DNA from: Octopus vulgaris
Taxonomy: Eukaryota
Assembly (NCBI GenBank): GCA_951406725.2
Contig: OX597814.1
Coordinates: forward strand, 149,296,001-149,360,000
DNA length: 64,000 nt
Reading direction: 5' to 3'
Positions 1 to 13,495 of this stretch are shown one piece after another (within the stretch, counting starts at the first letter, position 1; every line of letters starts with the position of its first letter). Below the pieces are notes generated by a model. That model was not told the origin of the DNA. It saw nothing but the letters and a program-made list of their open reading frames with translations, and did no database searches. The position numbers and the translations under genes are program-made.

Positions 1-780
1 ATATATTTTTATTAATGCACCCATTTTTTAAAAGCAATGTTTTTTTATAAAAAAAGCAATGTTGTCAAATTTAGAATGTTTATATAAGTTTGTGTATAGC
101 AAAGCATATGTATTTGTAAGCATGCGTATCTGTGTATGTGTAAGTGAAAGTATGCTTGTGCTTAAGCACACATATACACGACGGTATGTATATGTATCAA
201 TTCAAACTTGTGTATGTATACTGGCCTCTATAGATGCCAAATAACATCGCTACAAGTTTTTTCCCCACCCCTCCTCCGTTCCTTTTTCTCTCTTTCCCTT
301 TCTTTCGTTCCCCCTCCTTGCTCAGTATATGAGAATTGCTACATAGATGAATTTTAGCTTGCGTGCGAGACGGTTTGCGTGAATATATGTACACATGGTT
401 TTATGTGTATAATTTAGATTCATATTCATACGTCTGTATATGTATGTATGGCGTTTACGCGCATCCTTTTGTGTATGTTGATATATATATGTGGATTTTA
501 ATATAAATATGTATTGCAGTATTTATAACAGGTTTAATTTCTATGCATTAATTTGTACTGTCTTCATTAACGGCAACAGGTTTTTTCCTCGGTATTTTCC
601 TCGGATTTTATAATTTTTATAAGTTTTTATATATATATACATATATTTTTGACCTTTTTGTTTATCGCTCGAAGATTGACCGTTTTTTCTAAAGGGCCAA
701 TCAAACAAGTCCATTTCTTTTTAAAGGTGTAGCGTTTGTAAGAGTATAGATTGAATTAATATATATGTTCCATTCTAGCA

Positions 781-827
781 AAAACTGTCTGATGAACGGC
801 AACGAGAAACTCAGAGTAACAGATTTT
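781..827 (+). ncRNA. Minimal type I hammerhead ribozyme motif (PLE family P1)
   Basis: Stem I ctgt/acag; core CTGATGA 789-795; stem II a-cg-GCAA-cg-a (closing pair mismatched); GAAA 806-809; near-palindromic stem III actc-a-gagt; predicted cleavage after GUA 816-818. Confidence 0.7.
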
Positions 828-926
828 GTTGAATTTTCTGCTGCTTAAAATAAAGCATATTACTCTACCACTGGTATTTGAGTACTCTTTTTTCCACCTT
901 GTTTCACATTTATGTGTTTACTCCGG
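781..926 (+). mobile_element. Penelope-like pseudo-LTR end, family P1
   Basis: Near-identical reverse complement at 49155-49284 and diverged copies at 23062-23382; carries an HHR and ends in (TA)n. Confidence 0.65.
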
Positions 927-1176
<250 letters not shown>

Positions 1177-1469
1177 TTTTATATAATATTTTTTTTTCGT
1201 TTTTATCAAAATAAACTAGCAAAAAAGATATTACTTTTTGCTAGTTTATTTTGTCCCTCTGTCTTATCTTGTGGTTCGATATGAACATTTTAGGTGGTTT
1301 TTAGAGTCAGGGTTTGACTGCTATTTCGGCATGGTGTTGTCTCTCAGATACCCTTTTTTATAGTTGTAAAAAATTATTACCTTTGTATGGCATTTATTCC
1401 TATGCTGGCCACTTGATAATTATCGATATTAAAATATCAATATTATCCTTATATATATATATATATATA

Positions 1470-1532
<63 letters not shown>

Positions 1533-1535
<3 letters not shown>

Positions 1536-1800
1536 TATGAGAGGTAATGGTGTCAATAAGACCATAAATGTATTAGGTAATACTGAGTAAGTGCTATGGA
1601 CAGACTGTAGTTAAGCTCCAAGTTCGGTGATTATGCGAATGAGGAGTCCAACGTAGGTCATATATCAGCTTATGTATGTATAAAAAAATTGCAGAAGGAG
1701 ATAAAACTACAAGACTGTGAAAGATTTTAGGACATTTATCCTGTTTCCAGGATATTTTATATATCTCTTCATCGGAGACAGTGTGAGAAAATGGTTAACT
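1533..1800 (-). mobile_element. Penelope-like pseudo-LTR, family P2, with damaged HHR (1741-1781)
   Basis: Aligns with 38893-39170. Minus strand reads ccgatga-ag-stem II-gaaacag, but the stem III/cleavage-site segment present in the 39101 copy is deleted. Confidence 0.65.
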
Positions 1801-2470
1801 GCTATGCAGTAGAATTGAAATAACTGGGCAAACTGCTTTGTGCAAGTTCTCTCACAGCTGCACAAACGACAGACATGTCTCGTCCCATTGTGGAGGTTGT
1901 CGATTTCGTCAGGATTAAACATAATGTGAGCTTTAGTGAATCAATGTTCATCTCAGTATTGCTAATGGAACAAAGTTCATGTCTCCGGACTGATTTCTCA
2001 AATCCTCTGTAGCTCCCCTATAACAAAGTTAGTCTTCATTCCATTCTTCGGATGCAGTCCAAGTGCTATATCTCTACTGGTAGCGATGATTGTATCGCAT
2101 ATATCAGAGTGATTCTTGTTCTAAACCTATCACAAAGAGTGGTGAACCTATTGCGTAATCTATTGCGTAAACATCCCACATAAGTTATCACAAAATGCTA
2201 CCTTTTCTCTGGCCATTTGTTTTATGAAATCTCAGGCTGGTACTTTATGCAGGCGATGACTTACCTAGCATTTACAAGACATACATGTTTGGTCTGATAT
2301 AACATCCTCGAATGAGGAGTATGGATGTGTATCTATGATACTATTCATCCAATTACTGTGTAATAGGATGGAGTCCTGCTGACCAAAGCTGCCAAAGAAC
2401 TGACAACGTGTCTAGATTTATACTAATATATGTCTGAAATCTGTATTGGAGCAAGATTTCCATGTACAGA
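1800..2470 (-). mobile_element. Possible highly decayed LINE (APE endonuclease end/linker) relic
   Basis: Minus strand near 2300 reads PYSSFEDVISDQ, resembling the SDH motif that ends APE domains; the rest is not readable. Confidence 0.3.
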
Positions 2471-3646
2471 CATTTTATTGGTAATATAAATATATATCAC
2501 ATGTATATGTAAGCATAAACACAAATACATATACGTAATCACATATATACAATGCTCATATATCCTAATCTATACAATTCTCTACACGCGTGTGTCTGTG
2601 TGTGCGCGCGCGCATGTGTGTGATCGGGCGTGTGTTGGCGTATGCATCAGCATTTTACATTAGTATGAAGAACAGATTTTTGACTACATTATTATATTAG
2701 GGAGAATTTCGGAAGGATTATTGACCAGCTTGCAGAGCTTATATAATGCATGTCATGTGTGATAATGCTTAAAGCATATGGTGTATTGTAGCCATATCAA
2801 AACATACTGGTCTTCACACTTCCACATTTACTGCATATCAGCTAATTATAAATATATTTACCTGTAATCCATTAGTTAAGAAGCTATAGGTTAGATATAA
2901 TTGATTATATGCTTGGTTGGTAAATCAAGTCTTAACTCGTGGCATTGATTTATAGGCTTGTGTTCCGCCTGAGAATTAGCTGTGCGCTAGCTGCATAATA
3001 TATACCAGGACACTTACAAGTAGCTCTTCATTTCAATCCATACTGTTAATTTTCTCCCTGGCTTTCTCTTTATTTCTATTCATAGGTCATTTTCCCTTTC
3101 AACCTACAGAAATGCATTATTTCAACATTCACAGCTAGTTCACGAAAATATGACATAATCTTCTGTGGTGCATAAAATATATATCAATTTCAAAATTATA
3201 CATATACATATATATATATACATACATATATAAATATGTATGTATGTATGCATGTATACATACGTATTGGGGAAGAAGATAAAGAGAACGGGTAGGTAAA
3301 AGAGAAAAACAATAATAAACAAGAAATATATAATGTCGAAAAGAGACTTACCTCTGTTTTCTACAAGCACACACATAGGATTTCCACAATGGCTGTATGG
3401 GTTCAATTTAATTGGATATCTTATCATCCTAGCAAATCACTGACTGTCAGAGGCTAAGTTTAGTTCCAAAAGGGTGACTACTGCACAACTGACACACAAG
3501 GTGCTCAATATTCTATTCCTCTCTAACCTTACATTTCTTAATTCTTCTTTTCGTTTGACCTTTCTTTCTGTTTGGCCATTCTTCAACTTCCCTTCATTTT
3601 TCTCCTCATTCTTCTACCATTTGCTATTATAATATCATCGATATAA

Positions 3647-4610
3647 GTCGGCAGGCTGGACGAATCGTTAGCACGAGAGGGGAAATGCATAGCCGTATTT
3701 CGTCTGCCGCTACGTTCTGAGTTCAAATACCGCCGAGGTCAACTTTGCCTTTCATCCTTTCGGGGTCGATTAAATAAGTACCAGTTACGCACTGTGGTCG
3801 ATATAATCGACTTAATCCGTTTGTCTGTCCTTGTTTCTCCCCTCTGTGTGTAGCCCCTTGTGGGCAGTAAAGAAATAGGTATTTCGTCTGCCGCTACGTT
3901 CAGAGTTCAAATTCCGCCGAGGCCGATTTTGCCTTTCATCCTTTCGGGGTCGATTAAATAAGTACCATTTACTCACTGGGATCGATATAATCGCCTTAAT
4001 CCGTTTGTCTGTCCTTCTTTGTCCTCTCTGTGTTTGGCCCCTCGTGGGTAGTAAAGAAATGGGTATTTCGCCTGTCAGTACGTTCTGAGTTCAAATTCCG
4101 CCGAGATTAACTTTGATTAAGTACCAGTCAAGTACTGGGGTCAATGTTATTGACTCATCCCCTCCCTCATAATTGCTGCCCTTATGGCAAAATTTGAAAC
4201 CATTATTAATATTGATATAAACGCAGCGATCTGGCACAATCGTTAGCATTTCGTTCGTTTTTGCGTTCTGAGTTCAAATTCTGCCGAGGTCGACTTTGCT
4301 TTTCATACTTTCAGGGTTAATAAATTCAGCATCAGTGGAACAATGGTGTCGATGTAATCGAATACTCCCCTCACCCCAAATCTCAGACCTTGTACCTCTA
4401 GTAGAAAGGACTATTATTCTCAATAGTAATATCAGAGTTAAGGCACCGCGCTGGCAGATTGATAGCACGCTGGTAAAAATGCTTAGTGGCATTTCGTCCG
4501 TCTTTACGTTCTCAGTTCAATTTCCGTCAAGATCGACTTGGCCTTTCTTCATTTCGGGGTCGATAAAATAAGTACCAGTTGAATAATGGGTCGATGATAT
4601 CGACTTACTT
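3647..4610 (+). mobile_element. Tandem cluster of five tRNA-derived SINE (family A) units
   Basis: A-box-like ggctgg..gaatcgttagc head, B-box-like gagttcaaatt, shared core gcctttcatcctttcggggtcgat..aaataagtaccag; units start at about 3647, 3878, 4062, 4221 and 4440. Confidence 0.85.
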
Positions 4611-4651
4611 GCTGGCTTTGAGCCAACATTTGAAATTCATATTAATCTTGT

Positions 4652-4665
4652 TACTACTACTGCTG

Positions 4666-4698
<33 letters not shown>

Positions 4699-4699
4699 T

Positions 4700-4732
<33 letters not shown>

Positions 4733-4733
4733 A

Positions 4734-4803
<70 letters not shown>

Positions 4804-4820
4804 GTAGTAGTAGTAGTAGT
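4652..4820. repeat. (CTA)n switching to its complement (TAG)n
   Basis: Directly visible; self-complementary junction at about 4800. Confidence 0.95.
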
Positions 4821-5469
4821 ATATTTTTCAATTTACTCTTTTCAGCAAGTCACACCAGATATCTCTTTTAAAGCAATAATCAGCAATTTTGGTTTTAGAA
4901 TTTTTATGTTCTTGTAGAATTTTTATGTTCTAGTACAGCTAATATTCTACTTTTGCTGCTGCTGCTACTAATACTACAACTAGTATTACTCTCGGTGCTA
5001 CTATTGTTCCCGCCCACTTATACTGTCTGTGCCAACTCTTCTCCCTTATTGTCATAACTCTGTGGTCATAGCTACGCTTCTTTAAAGTCATTAAATTCTC
5101 GTTTTATGAGACTGTGCAATGCTATAAGTAAACCCCAGCCAGAGATGAATGTATGAGAAAGTACGTGAACCTGAATTTCCACCAAAACCCCAATTAGCTG
5201 ACCAACAAGTAGTAGCAGGAGATGACGACTAGGATGATTGAGCTATATATATGGTTATCTAAGAGTTGTCCGAGATACCGGGACGAAAAATTTGACAGTA
5301 ACTATTAAATGGTCGATAGGCATAAGCAGTTTTTCTGTGTATCTGAATAGCTAAAACTCTCTGCACTGTAACTGATTTATGGCTTCACGTAAACATCTGA
5401 ACACCACACAATTTTGAAACCGGTTAAGTGCATATATGCATATATGTATGTATTATGTATGTATGTTTG

Positions 5470-5519
<50 letters not shown>

Positions 5520-5523
5520 TGTG

Positions 5524-5706
5524 TGTAAATGTAATATGTGACAATTATTCGGTAGCCATGATAAAACTCCGAGTTTCGGATGCCGTGGTGGAAATCCAAG
5601 CCGCCATCTCTTCAGTTAAGAAATCGCGGCGTGGATTTCCACCTAGGCATCTGAAACTCGGAGTTTTATCACGGCTACCGAATAATAGTCACATATTACA
5701 TTTACA
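5524..5706. mobile_element. Fold-back (inverted) PLE pseudo-LTR, family P3
   Basis: Arms 5524-5604 and 5626-5706 are reverse complements with few mismatches; flanked by TA/TG microsatellites; the HHR core lies in the loop. Confidence 0.75.
5561..5620 (-). ncRNA. Hammerhead-like motif (P3)
   Basis: Minus strand: taa-CTGAAGA-gatg..catc-c-GAAA-ctc-g-gag-TT-tta. Palindromic stem III; stem I weak (3 bp). Confidence 0.5.
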
Positions 5707-5774
5707 GGTAATTTCCTCTATTTACATAATATCGAGGTCTCTTTCTTTCTTTTGCTGCCTTACCCTTTTTATCA

Positions 5775-5818
<44 letters not shown>

Positions 5819-6847
5819 ATATAGATATATAGATATATAGATATATAGATATAGATATATACATATATATATATACACACACATACAAATACACTCACAC
5901 ATACAATATATACAAGAGGGAGCTCCCGGTGTTTGTAAATATGTGGTTGAGTTGGTGTGTACCTATTCACAAAAGAATCTCAGATGAAGGATTTTCTGAA
6001 TGTCTTACAAAACTCCATTGTGCCACGAATTAATTGGATTTAGAGAACTCGCGTTAGTTTCTTTTGTTCTTTCTCTGCGAAACCGAGTATTTCTAAGCTT
6101 TGTTGTAAATTTGTTGGTACATAACCTAATGCCTCCATGATAGTAGGTACAAATAAGAGTTTTACTCAGGGTACAATAGCTGTATGTATGTATGTATTTA
6201 TGTATGTACGTATGTATGTATGTATGTATGTATGTATGTATGTATGTATGTATGTATGTATGTATGTATGTATGTATGTATGCATGTATGTACATGGCAA
6301 TCTCCTTCATAGTTCCTTTCCTCTAAATTACACGCAAAAATCGTTGTCAGCGTATTCATGTGTGTGCATTCCACATGTCCAAAGTCCCATGCTGTGTAAT
6401 CGAACTCGAATCTGTAATGCGTAAATATGTAAAGGATATGTATTCAATAAGCTACAAAACCGCTACCTGTCATGTGTCTCGAGTTAAGTTAGATAAAATA
6501 AAAGCAAAATTTGGAGAATATGTACTCGAGGTTGAAACTTATCTGTATGTAACTGTAAAATAACTCTGAAGTGGTTCTATATTGGTAAGAATATATAAGC
6601 ATGTGCTTAGATTTGAAGTGAGTTGGAGCCGCAAATATATCTATGTTGTCTTTTATACGTTTATAAGCAAAGTATCCGAAGTTAACGTTAACATTTGTTA
6701 CATTAACAAGTATATTCTGAAGAATTCTTCTCTAATACTAAATATAGATAAATACTCTAAGTGTGAAGGAAGGTTTCCATTTATGCGTGTGCGTGTATAC
6801 ATACATGTATATGTCTATCTTTGTGGGATATACATACTTATATATAC

Positions 6848-6913
<66 letters not shown>

Positions 6914-7186
6914 GTAATTATGCATGCATGTTTGTATATACACATGCAAATAAACGCACATGTATTATCAGCACTCTTATATGTGCAGTATGCAGTATTA
7001 AAGCAATGCGAGGAATGTCATACCAGAAAACGTAAAAGCTATATTTGATTCCGACAACGCATGCACTCACGGTTACCAAAATATATTCGTCACATTCATC
7101 TTTAGCTGTTCGCTATGTTTATATAATCATATATGAGCGTACACGTGTTGATATATATATGATATATATATATATCTCTCTCTATA

Positions 7187-7273
<87 letters not shown>

Positions 7274-7614
7274 ATGTGTGTGTATGTCTGTGTATGTATG
7301 CATATATGTATGACTATATAGATGTGTCACTGTGTGTTGTTTCGTCAGTGTATTTTTATTTTATGTAGTGTAAATATATTTTTGGATCTAGCTTGTATGC
7401 ATCCATCTCTTATCTGTTATCTCAAAATGGTATTTACCAAAAACAAAAGATAATAGATATAAAAAGGGTAATAAACTATTTTAGCTCTTCGACATTAGGC
7501 TAGTCTCAAGAATGATGCGTATAACACAGCTTGATATAAAATTATTGAATTCCATGACAGTTTGTTGTCATCTACAAATAACCGAATAAAACTTTTACAA
7601 AAGGAATGTTGATC

Positions 7615-7700
<86 letters not shown>

Positions 7701-8850
7701 GTCTGTCTATCTATCTATCTATCTGCCTATATATCTATCATTCTATCTATTTATCTATCTAGATGACTGCATATATGTATATGGTTGTAGACATATATGC
7801 TTATATATGTCTATAATGGATACTTACATGCTATTTGCGTACTTATAAATACCTACATCAATGCACACATGTGTTAACATCCACCTGTGTCAGTGTTAAC
7901 TATTTGTGAACATCAGACATCGCCATTGCAAAGTGTTTCCGAGAAACCAGAAGAGCTACGATTTATACATCATACTAGGATTACTCCGTGTGTAATGTTT
8001 TTCATGCAGTTTCTGGTCTCATTTTGTTGTTTGGTTGTTATTCTTCTTTATATTTTGTTTCGTTTGAAATATTTATTGAGATATATTTTGTTATTGTTTC
8101 TAATTTTTAATCCACTTAACCTTTATCAACGACAGAGGACTTCAAACAGTAGAATTCTGCTCATCTTAGCTGCCAACAATGTTTTGTCAGCTGTCACGTT
8201 TTAGCTTTTTTATGGTAGCCATTAAAGACAGACAAAAAAACTCATAAGTTATTGTTGAGACCCAGTAGATTGTACATGAGAGAATATGTGAGAAATTCAG
8301 AAAGAAACTGAGGCAGAGTTAGAGGAGAGAATAAGAAAAACAAAGATAGTGGGAGAGAGAGAGAGTGAGTGTTTGTGTAAATGAACGAGTGAATGGATTA
8401 GAGAGTGAGTGAACAAGTGAACGAGAGAGAGACAGAGAGAGAGAGAGAGAATAAATAGAGAGAGAGAGAGAATAAATAGAGAGAGAGAGAGAATAAATAG
8501 AGAGCGAGAGAAAGATTGAAACGGTGAGAGAGAAAAGGAAAAGAAAGGAATACAGATAGAAAGAGTGCAAAAGAAATATTAGCGATCGCTAAAATGCCCG
8601 AATGAGTGGCAACAAATAGAGAATGTAAACAAAATAACAAAATATGTTGGATAAAAAAAAACAGAGGAACAGAAGAAAAGAAAAGGAAGAAGAGCAAGAT
8701 TTCGAAGCAGAGACAGAAGTATAAAAGAACAGCGTCAAGAAACACAAAACAGAGAATCAATTCGCAGAGAGAAAATAAATTGAAGTATTAATACATATAT
8801 ACATTAATACATAAAAACGTATACGCAAATATACATATATGTGTGTGTGC

Positions 8851-8938
<88 letters not shown>

Positions 8939-9235
8939 ATATATATATATATATATATGTATGCATATGTATGCATGTGTGTGTGTGTGTGTGTGTATAT
9001 ATATGAGTGTTACATGTGAGCAACAATAAAAAAAATTAAAAGAGATAACAGATACTAGAGAAAACAATTGAAGTACTGTAGTAAAAAAGAGAGAGAATGA
9101 AAGAGCAAAGGAGAGAGGGAGAGAAAGAAAGCGTGATGAAAATAAGAAAGATAGCAGAAAAAGAAATAAAAAGTGGGATCTTAAGAAAACGAGATTCCAG
9201 AAGATAAAAACGAAAAAAAAAAATATTATCTAGAA

Positions 9236-9377
9236 TACATATGATAAAATGTGTTTTATTTTAAATTTAAAATATTGTTACAAGTAATATATGTGTTCAC
9301 GTGGGTGTGTTCGTATGTGCATTCATGAATGTATGTATGTGTGCCTGCTTCTACAACATAAACATGTAGATCTATCT
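9236..9377 (-). repeat. Right arm of the long-range inverted repeat (partner 1035-1176)
   Basis: Reverse complement of 1035-1176, followed by (TATC)n that mirrors the (GATA)n of the left arm. Confidence 0.9.
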
Positions 9378-9381
9378 TTCA

Positions 9382-9443
<62 letters not shown>

Positions 9444-9483
9444 TTATCTATCTATCTATCTCTCAGCCTGTCTGTCTATCTAT

Positions 9484-9595
<112 letters not shown>

Positions 9596-9649
9596 CTTTC
9601 CTTCTCTCTATATATTTATATGTATGTATGTGTGTGTGTGTGTTTTTAT

Positions 9650-9812
9650 AGGCCTAACTGTGTGCTAAGAATTTTGCATTCCAACAACTTAACCCCAGGT
9701 TCAATTTCAATGTGTGGCATCTCGAGCAGCTGGGCTGTTGCTTTTACTATAATGTCGGGCCGACCAAGGCCTTGTGAGTGGATTTGTTGACGGAAACTAA
9801 AAGAAGGCCGTC

Positions 9813-9815
<3 letters not shown>
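9650..9815 (+). mobile_element. SINE family B, 5' part
   Basis: ggttcaatttc...gggccgaccaaggccttgtgagtggattt..gacggaaact matches 11505-11645. Confidence 0.75.
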
Positions 9816-9911
<96 letters not shown>

Positions 9912-10544
9912 GATATACGGGTATGTATGTTCTATTTTAACTCATTTTATTTCCTCATGTGAGGAAGGAGCTGGTTTCGAACAATGATATAAAACCCCAC
10001 CTTTAAAATTTGTTATCAAAATCAATGTCGCATTTTGAAATTGTGATAAGTTTTGCATAATTTTACTATTCCACTTAAAGTATGTATTTGTAATGTGCAT
10101 GATAGCTGTGGGATTTCTTGCTTGAAAGCCCCAGGTTTTCCAGAGTATTTACTAACAAAACCAATTACACAAATTCTTATGTGTAACAATGTACCAATAT
10201 TGAGTACAGAAAATAGAGGTTTTGAACATTTATCCGATACTTATTCTCCGTTTTAAGTTTCAAAGAGCTAGCATGGCAATTGACTTCTGTGGTGGAACAT
10301 GCATATATTTTTGTCTACTGCAAACAACGATATCCGAACTATTATTTTTGCACTTCACAGATATTTTTATAGAAATATTCAACCAATATTCCTAGTGTTC
10401 GAGGCGATAATATGTGAATTTTAGGGCAGCATTGCATATTGTCTTAGCAACAACGTCATATCGCATTAGACGGTTTTACCGTGATAACATATTCAGGCAA
10501 CTACTGATCACTTGTGACAACTTCTACACACATGCATGCACGAA

Positions 10545-10730
10545 GTATGTATGTATGTATGTATGTATGTATGTATGTATGTATGTATGTATGTATGTAT
10601 GTATGTATGTATGTATGTATGTATATGTATGTATGCATGCATGTATGTATGTATGTATGTATTTATGTATGTATGTATGTATGCATGTATGAAGTATGTA
10701 TGGGTACATGTATGTCTAAATGCATGTATG

Positions 10731-10764
<34 letters not shown>

Positions 10765-10991
10765 TGCATACATGTAGGGATGCATGTATGTACATATGTT
10801 ATTATGTATATACGAAGGGGTATCAACAAGTTCCCGGAGTGCCAACAGATGGCAGGGACCTTCATAAGGTAGTGTGCCGAGAGACCTCTTTGTTTTTACT
10901 TCAGAAGTTGCGAAATTTGTATTCTTGTATGCTGTAGTCTGTGATTTTGTCATGTATGCATGCATACATACACATACATACAATACATACA

Positions 10992-11027
<36 letters not shown>

Positions 11028-11108
11028 CATACATGCATGCATACATACATACATACATACATACATACATACATACATACATACATACATACATACATAC
11101 ATACATAC
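10545..11108. repeat. (TATG)n and (CATA)n tracts in opposite orientation around a ~140-bp unique core
   Basis: (TATG)n at 10545-10800 and (CATA)n at 10955-11108. Confidence 0.9.
10811..10952 (+). mobile_element. Probable mariner-type terminal fragment
   Basis: Begins TA-cgaaggggtatcaacaagttcccgga...agatggc, resembling mariner 5' TIR and subterminal sequence; no partner TIR found. Confidence 0.45.
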
Positions 11109-11504
11109 GATTCGCAGTGGCATTTTGAGTCCTTTTGGAAAGCACACACGTGCACCTACACATAAGTAAATTTATGGAGAAGTAACTAGTGTTGTTTTTT
11201 GTTTTCTTAAACTAACGCGCATTTTAGTTTCAATGTGAATGGTAAAAGAATTTTTTTTTCCATTGCATGATTTATCTTTCCTGTGAAAAAAAGTATACAT
11301 TGTGACATATTTTATACTCTTCCTAGGTCTTCATTGAAGAATAAATACTAGTATTTTCAGAAGGCAAAAATTTCTATCACATAGCCATAGATCCATATAT
11401 TGTGTATACAGACTATGATTTAGTTAAAAATCGTCCGTCAGTTTAGCATTGCAATGTCCGTACTGAAAATGTGGCTTAGGTAATAAATTCAAAGTAAATA
11501 TAAA

Positions 11505-11891
11505 GTAGCTTGATAACCAAACACATGGTTACGGGTTCAGTTCCACTGCGTGGCACCTTGGGCAAGTCTCTTCTGCTATAACCTCGGGCCGACCAAAGCA
11601 TTATGAATGGATTTGGTAGAGGGAAACTCAAAGAAGCCCATCGTATATATGTGTGTGTGTTTGTATTTGTGTGTATACGTTTGCGTGTCTGTGTTTGTCC
11701 CCCCAACATCGCTTGGCAACCGATGTTGGTGTGTTACGTGCCCGTACCTTAGCGGTTCGGCAAAAGAACCCGATAGAATAAGTACTAGGCTTACAAAGAA
11801 TAAGTCCTGGGGTCGATTTGCTCGACTAAAGGCGGGGCTCCAGCATGGTCACAGTCAAATGACTGAAACAAGTAAATGAGTAAAAGAGTAA
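11505..11891 (+). mobile_element. SINE family B, near full length
   Basis: tRNA-like head (ggttacgggttcagttccactgcgtggcacc), internal TG tract, 3' end ctccagcatgg..cagtcaaatgactgaaac with a gagtaaaa tail; homologous to 37868-38272 and 59055-59205. Confidence 0.85.
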
Positions 11892-12024
11892 ACTTTTTTT
11901 CTTTGATAACTAGAAAACAAGTTACACTTCAATTGAGCAAAATTTTTGGATTTTTTATTTCCGTGCGCAGTAAAAGCGGTATCCATAGTGTTGCTTTCTA
12001 TTTCTCCTTGTGTAGTTAGGATTA

Positions 12025-12410
12025 GGATTTCGTTCTGAGTTCAAATACATTTCATCCTTTCGGAGTCGTTTTGATAAGTACCATTTGCGCACTTGGGTCA
12101 ATGTAATCGACTACCCCTCACAGCAAATTTCAGGCCTTGTGCCTATAGTAGAAAGGATTATTAAGGCGGCGAGCTATCAGAATCTTTATCACGCCGGGCA
12201 AAATGCTTAGCGGCATTTCATCCGTCTCTACGTTCCGAGTTCAAATTCTACCGAGGTCGATTTTACCTTTCATCTTTTCGGGATCAGACTCTGATTTTCA
12301 ACTTTCTAGAGTCGATAAATTAAAGTACAATTCTCGAATTGAAGTCAGTTAAATCGACTATCTCCTATCCATGAAAACTTGAAGACATGTAGCGATGTCA
12401 GAAATCATTA
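12025..12410 (+). mobile_element. Two adjacent SINE family A copies
   Basis: gttctgagttcaaat and catcctttcggagtcg cores; the second copy has the ggcggcgagct head at about 12164. Confidence 0.8.
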
Positions 12411-12733
12411 TTGTTTCAGCAAGTTTCTTTTAATCTTTTAAATTACATGCTACGTACGAAAAAGAAAGAAAATAAAGTAAATAATAAAAAAAAGTATTTG
12501 TGGTAAAAAATAAAAGGCAAAGAAGTGCAAAAGTGTCTTGAAGTGTGGCGATTTTGAAATGTAGGTTAACAGTTGAAAGAGGATGAAAAATCTTTATTTT
12601 CGTATAACAGTTTGAAATTCAATTGAAATGGTCATGTTGATAAATAGGATGACGTTTGATTAGTGAGATTGAGATAAAGTGATGGATATAGAGTAAAGGC
12701 TAAAAGAACATTTCACATTGGTGAAACATTAAA

Positions 12734-12736
<3 letters not shown>

Positions 12737-12819
<83 letters not shown>

Positions 12820-12887
12820 GGACAGAGACAGAGACAGACAGAGAAACAGAGACAGAGACAGAGAGACAGAGACAGAGACAGAGACAG

Positions 12888-12934
<47 letters not shown>

Positions 12935-13074
12935 AAAAAGAAAGAAAGAAAGAAGGAAAGAAAGGAAGAAAGAAAGAAAAACGAAGAAAGAGTTGGGCAA
13001 AAATAGTGAAAATTGAAATTGAGGGACGAAGAGACGAGGAGAGGGAGTGAGAGAGAAAGAGAGAGAGAGAAAGA

Positions 13075-13140
<66 letters not shown>
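12737..13140. repeat. Polypurine compound microsatellite (GA)n/(GACA)n/(GAAA)n
   Basis: Directly visible; includes a repeated aaattgagggacgaaga motif at about 13016 and 13166. Confidence 0.9.
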
Positions 13141-13294
13141 TGACGGAGGAAATCGTGTAAAAACAAAATTGAGGGACGAAGAAAGAAAATAAGAGAGTCC
13201 GAGAGAGAAAGAGCAGGCGGGAGAAAGAGAGCAAAAATTAAGACGAAGATACACTTTTAGGAGAAAAGGATTGATTGATATTTAATGATATTAG

Positions 13295-13495
13295 TATCGT
13301 TGTTAGCATGCTTGACAGAATGCTTAGAGGTATTTTGTCCGACTTTACATTCTGACTTCAAATTCCACTGAGGTTGACTTTGTCTTTCATCCTCTGTGAA
13401 TCGATAAAATAAACACTAATAAAGCGTTGGCGTCGATATCAACGACTGACTCGTTCCCGCAATATTCCAGGTGTTGTGACTATAGTAGAAAAAAT
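13295..13495 (+). mobile_element. SINE family A, decayed
   Basis: gttagcatgc..aatgcttag..ttcaaattccactgaggttgactttgtctttcatcc. Confidence 0.7.
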
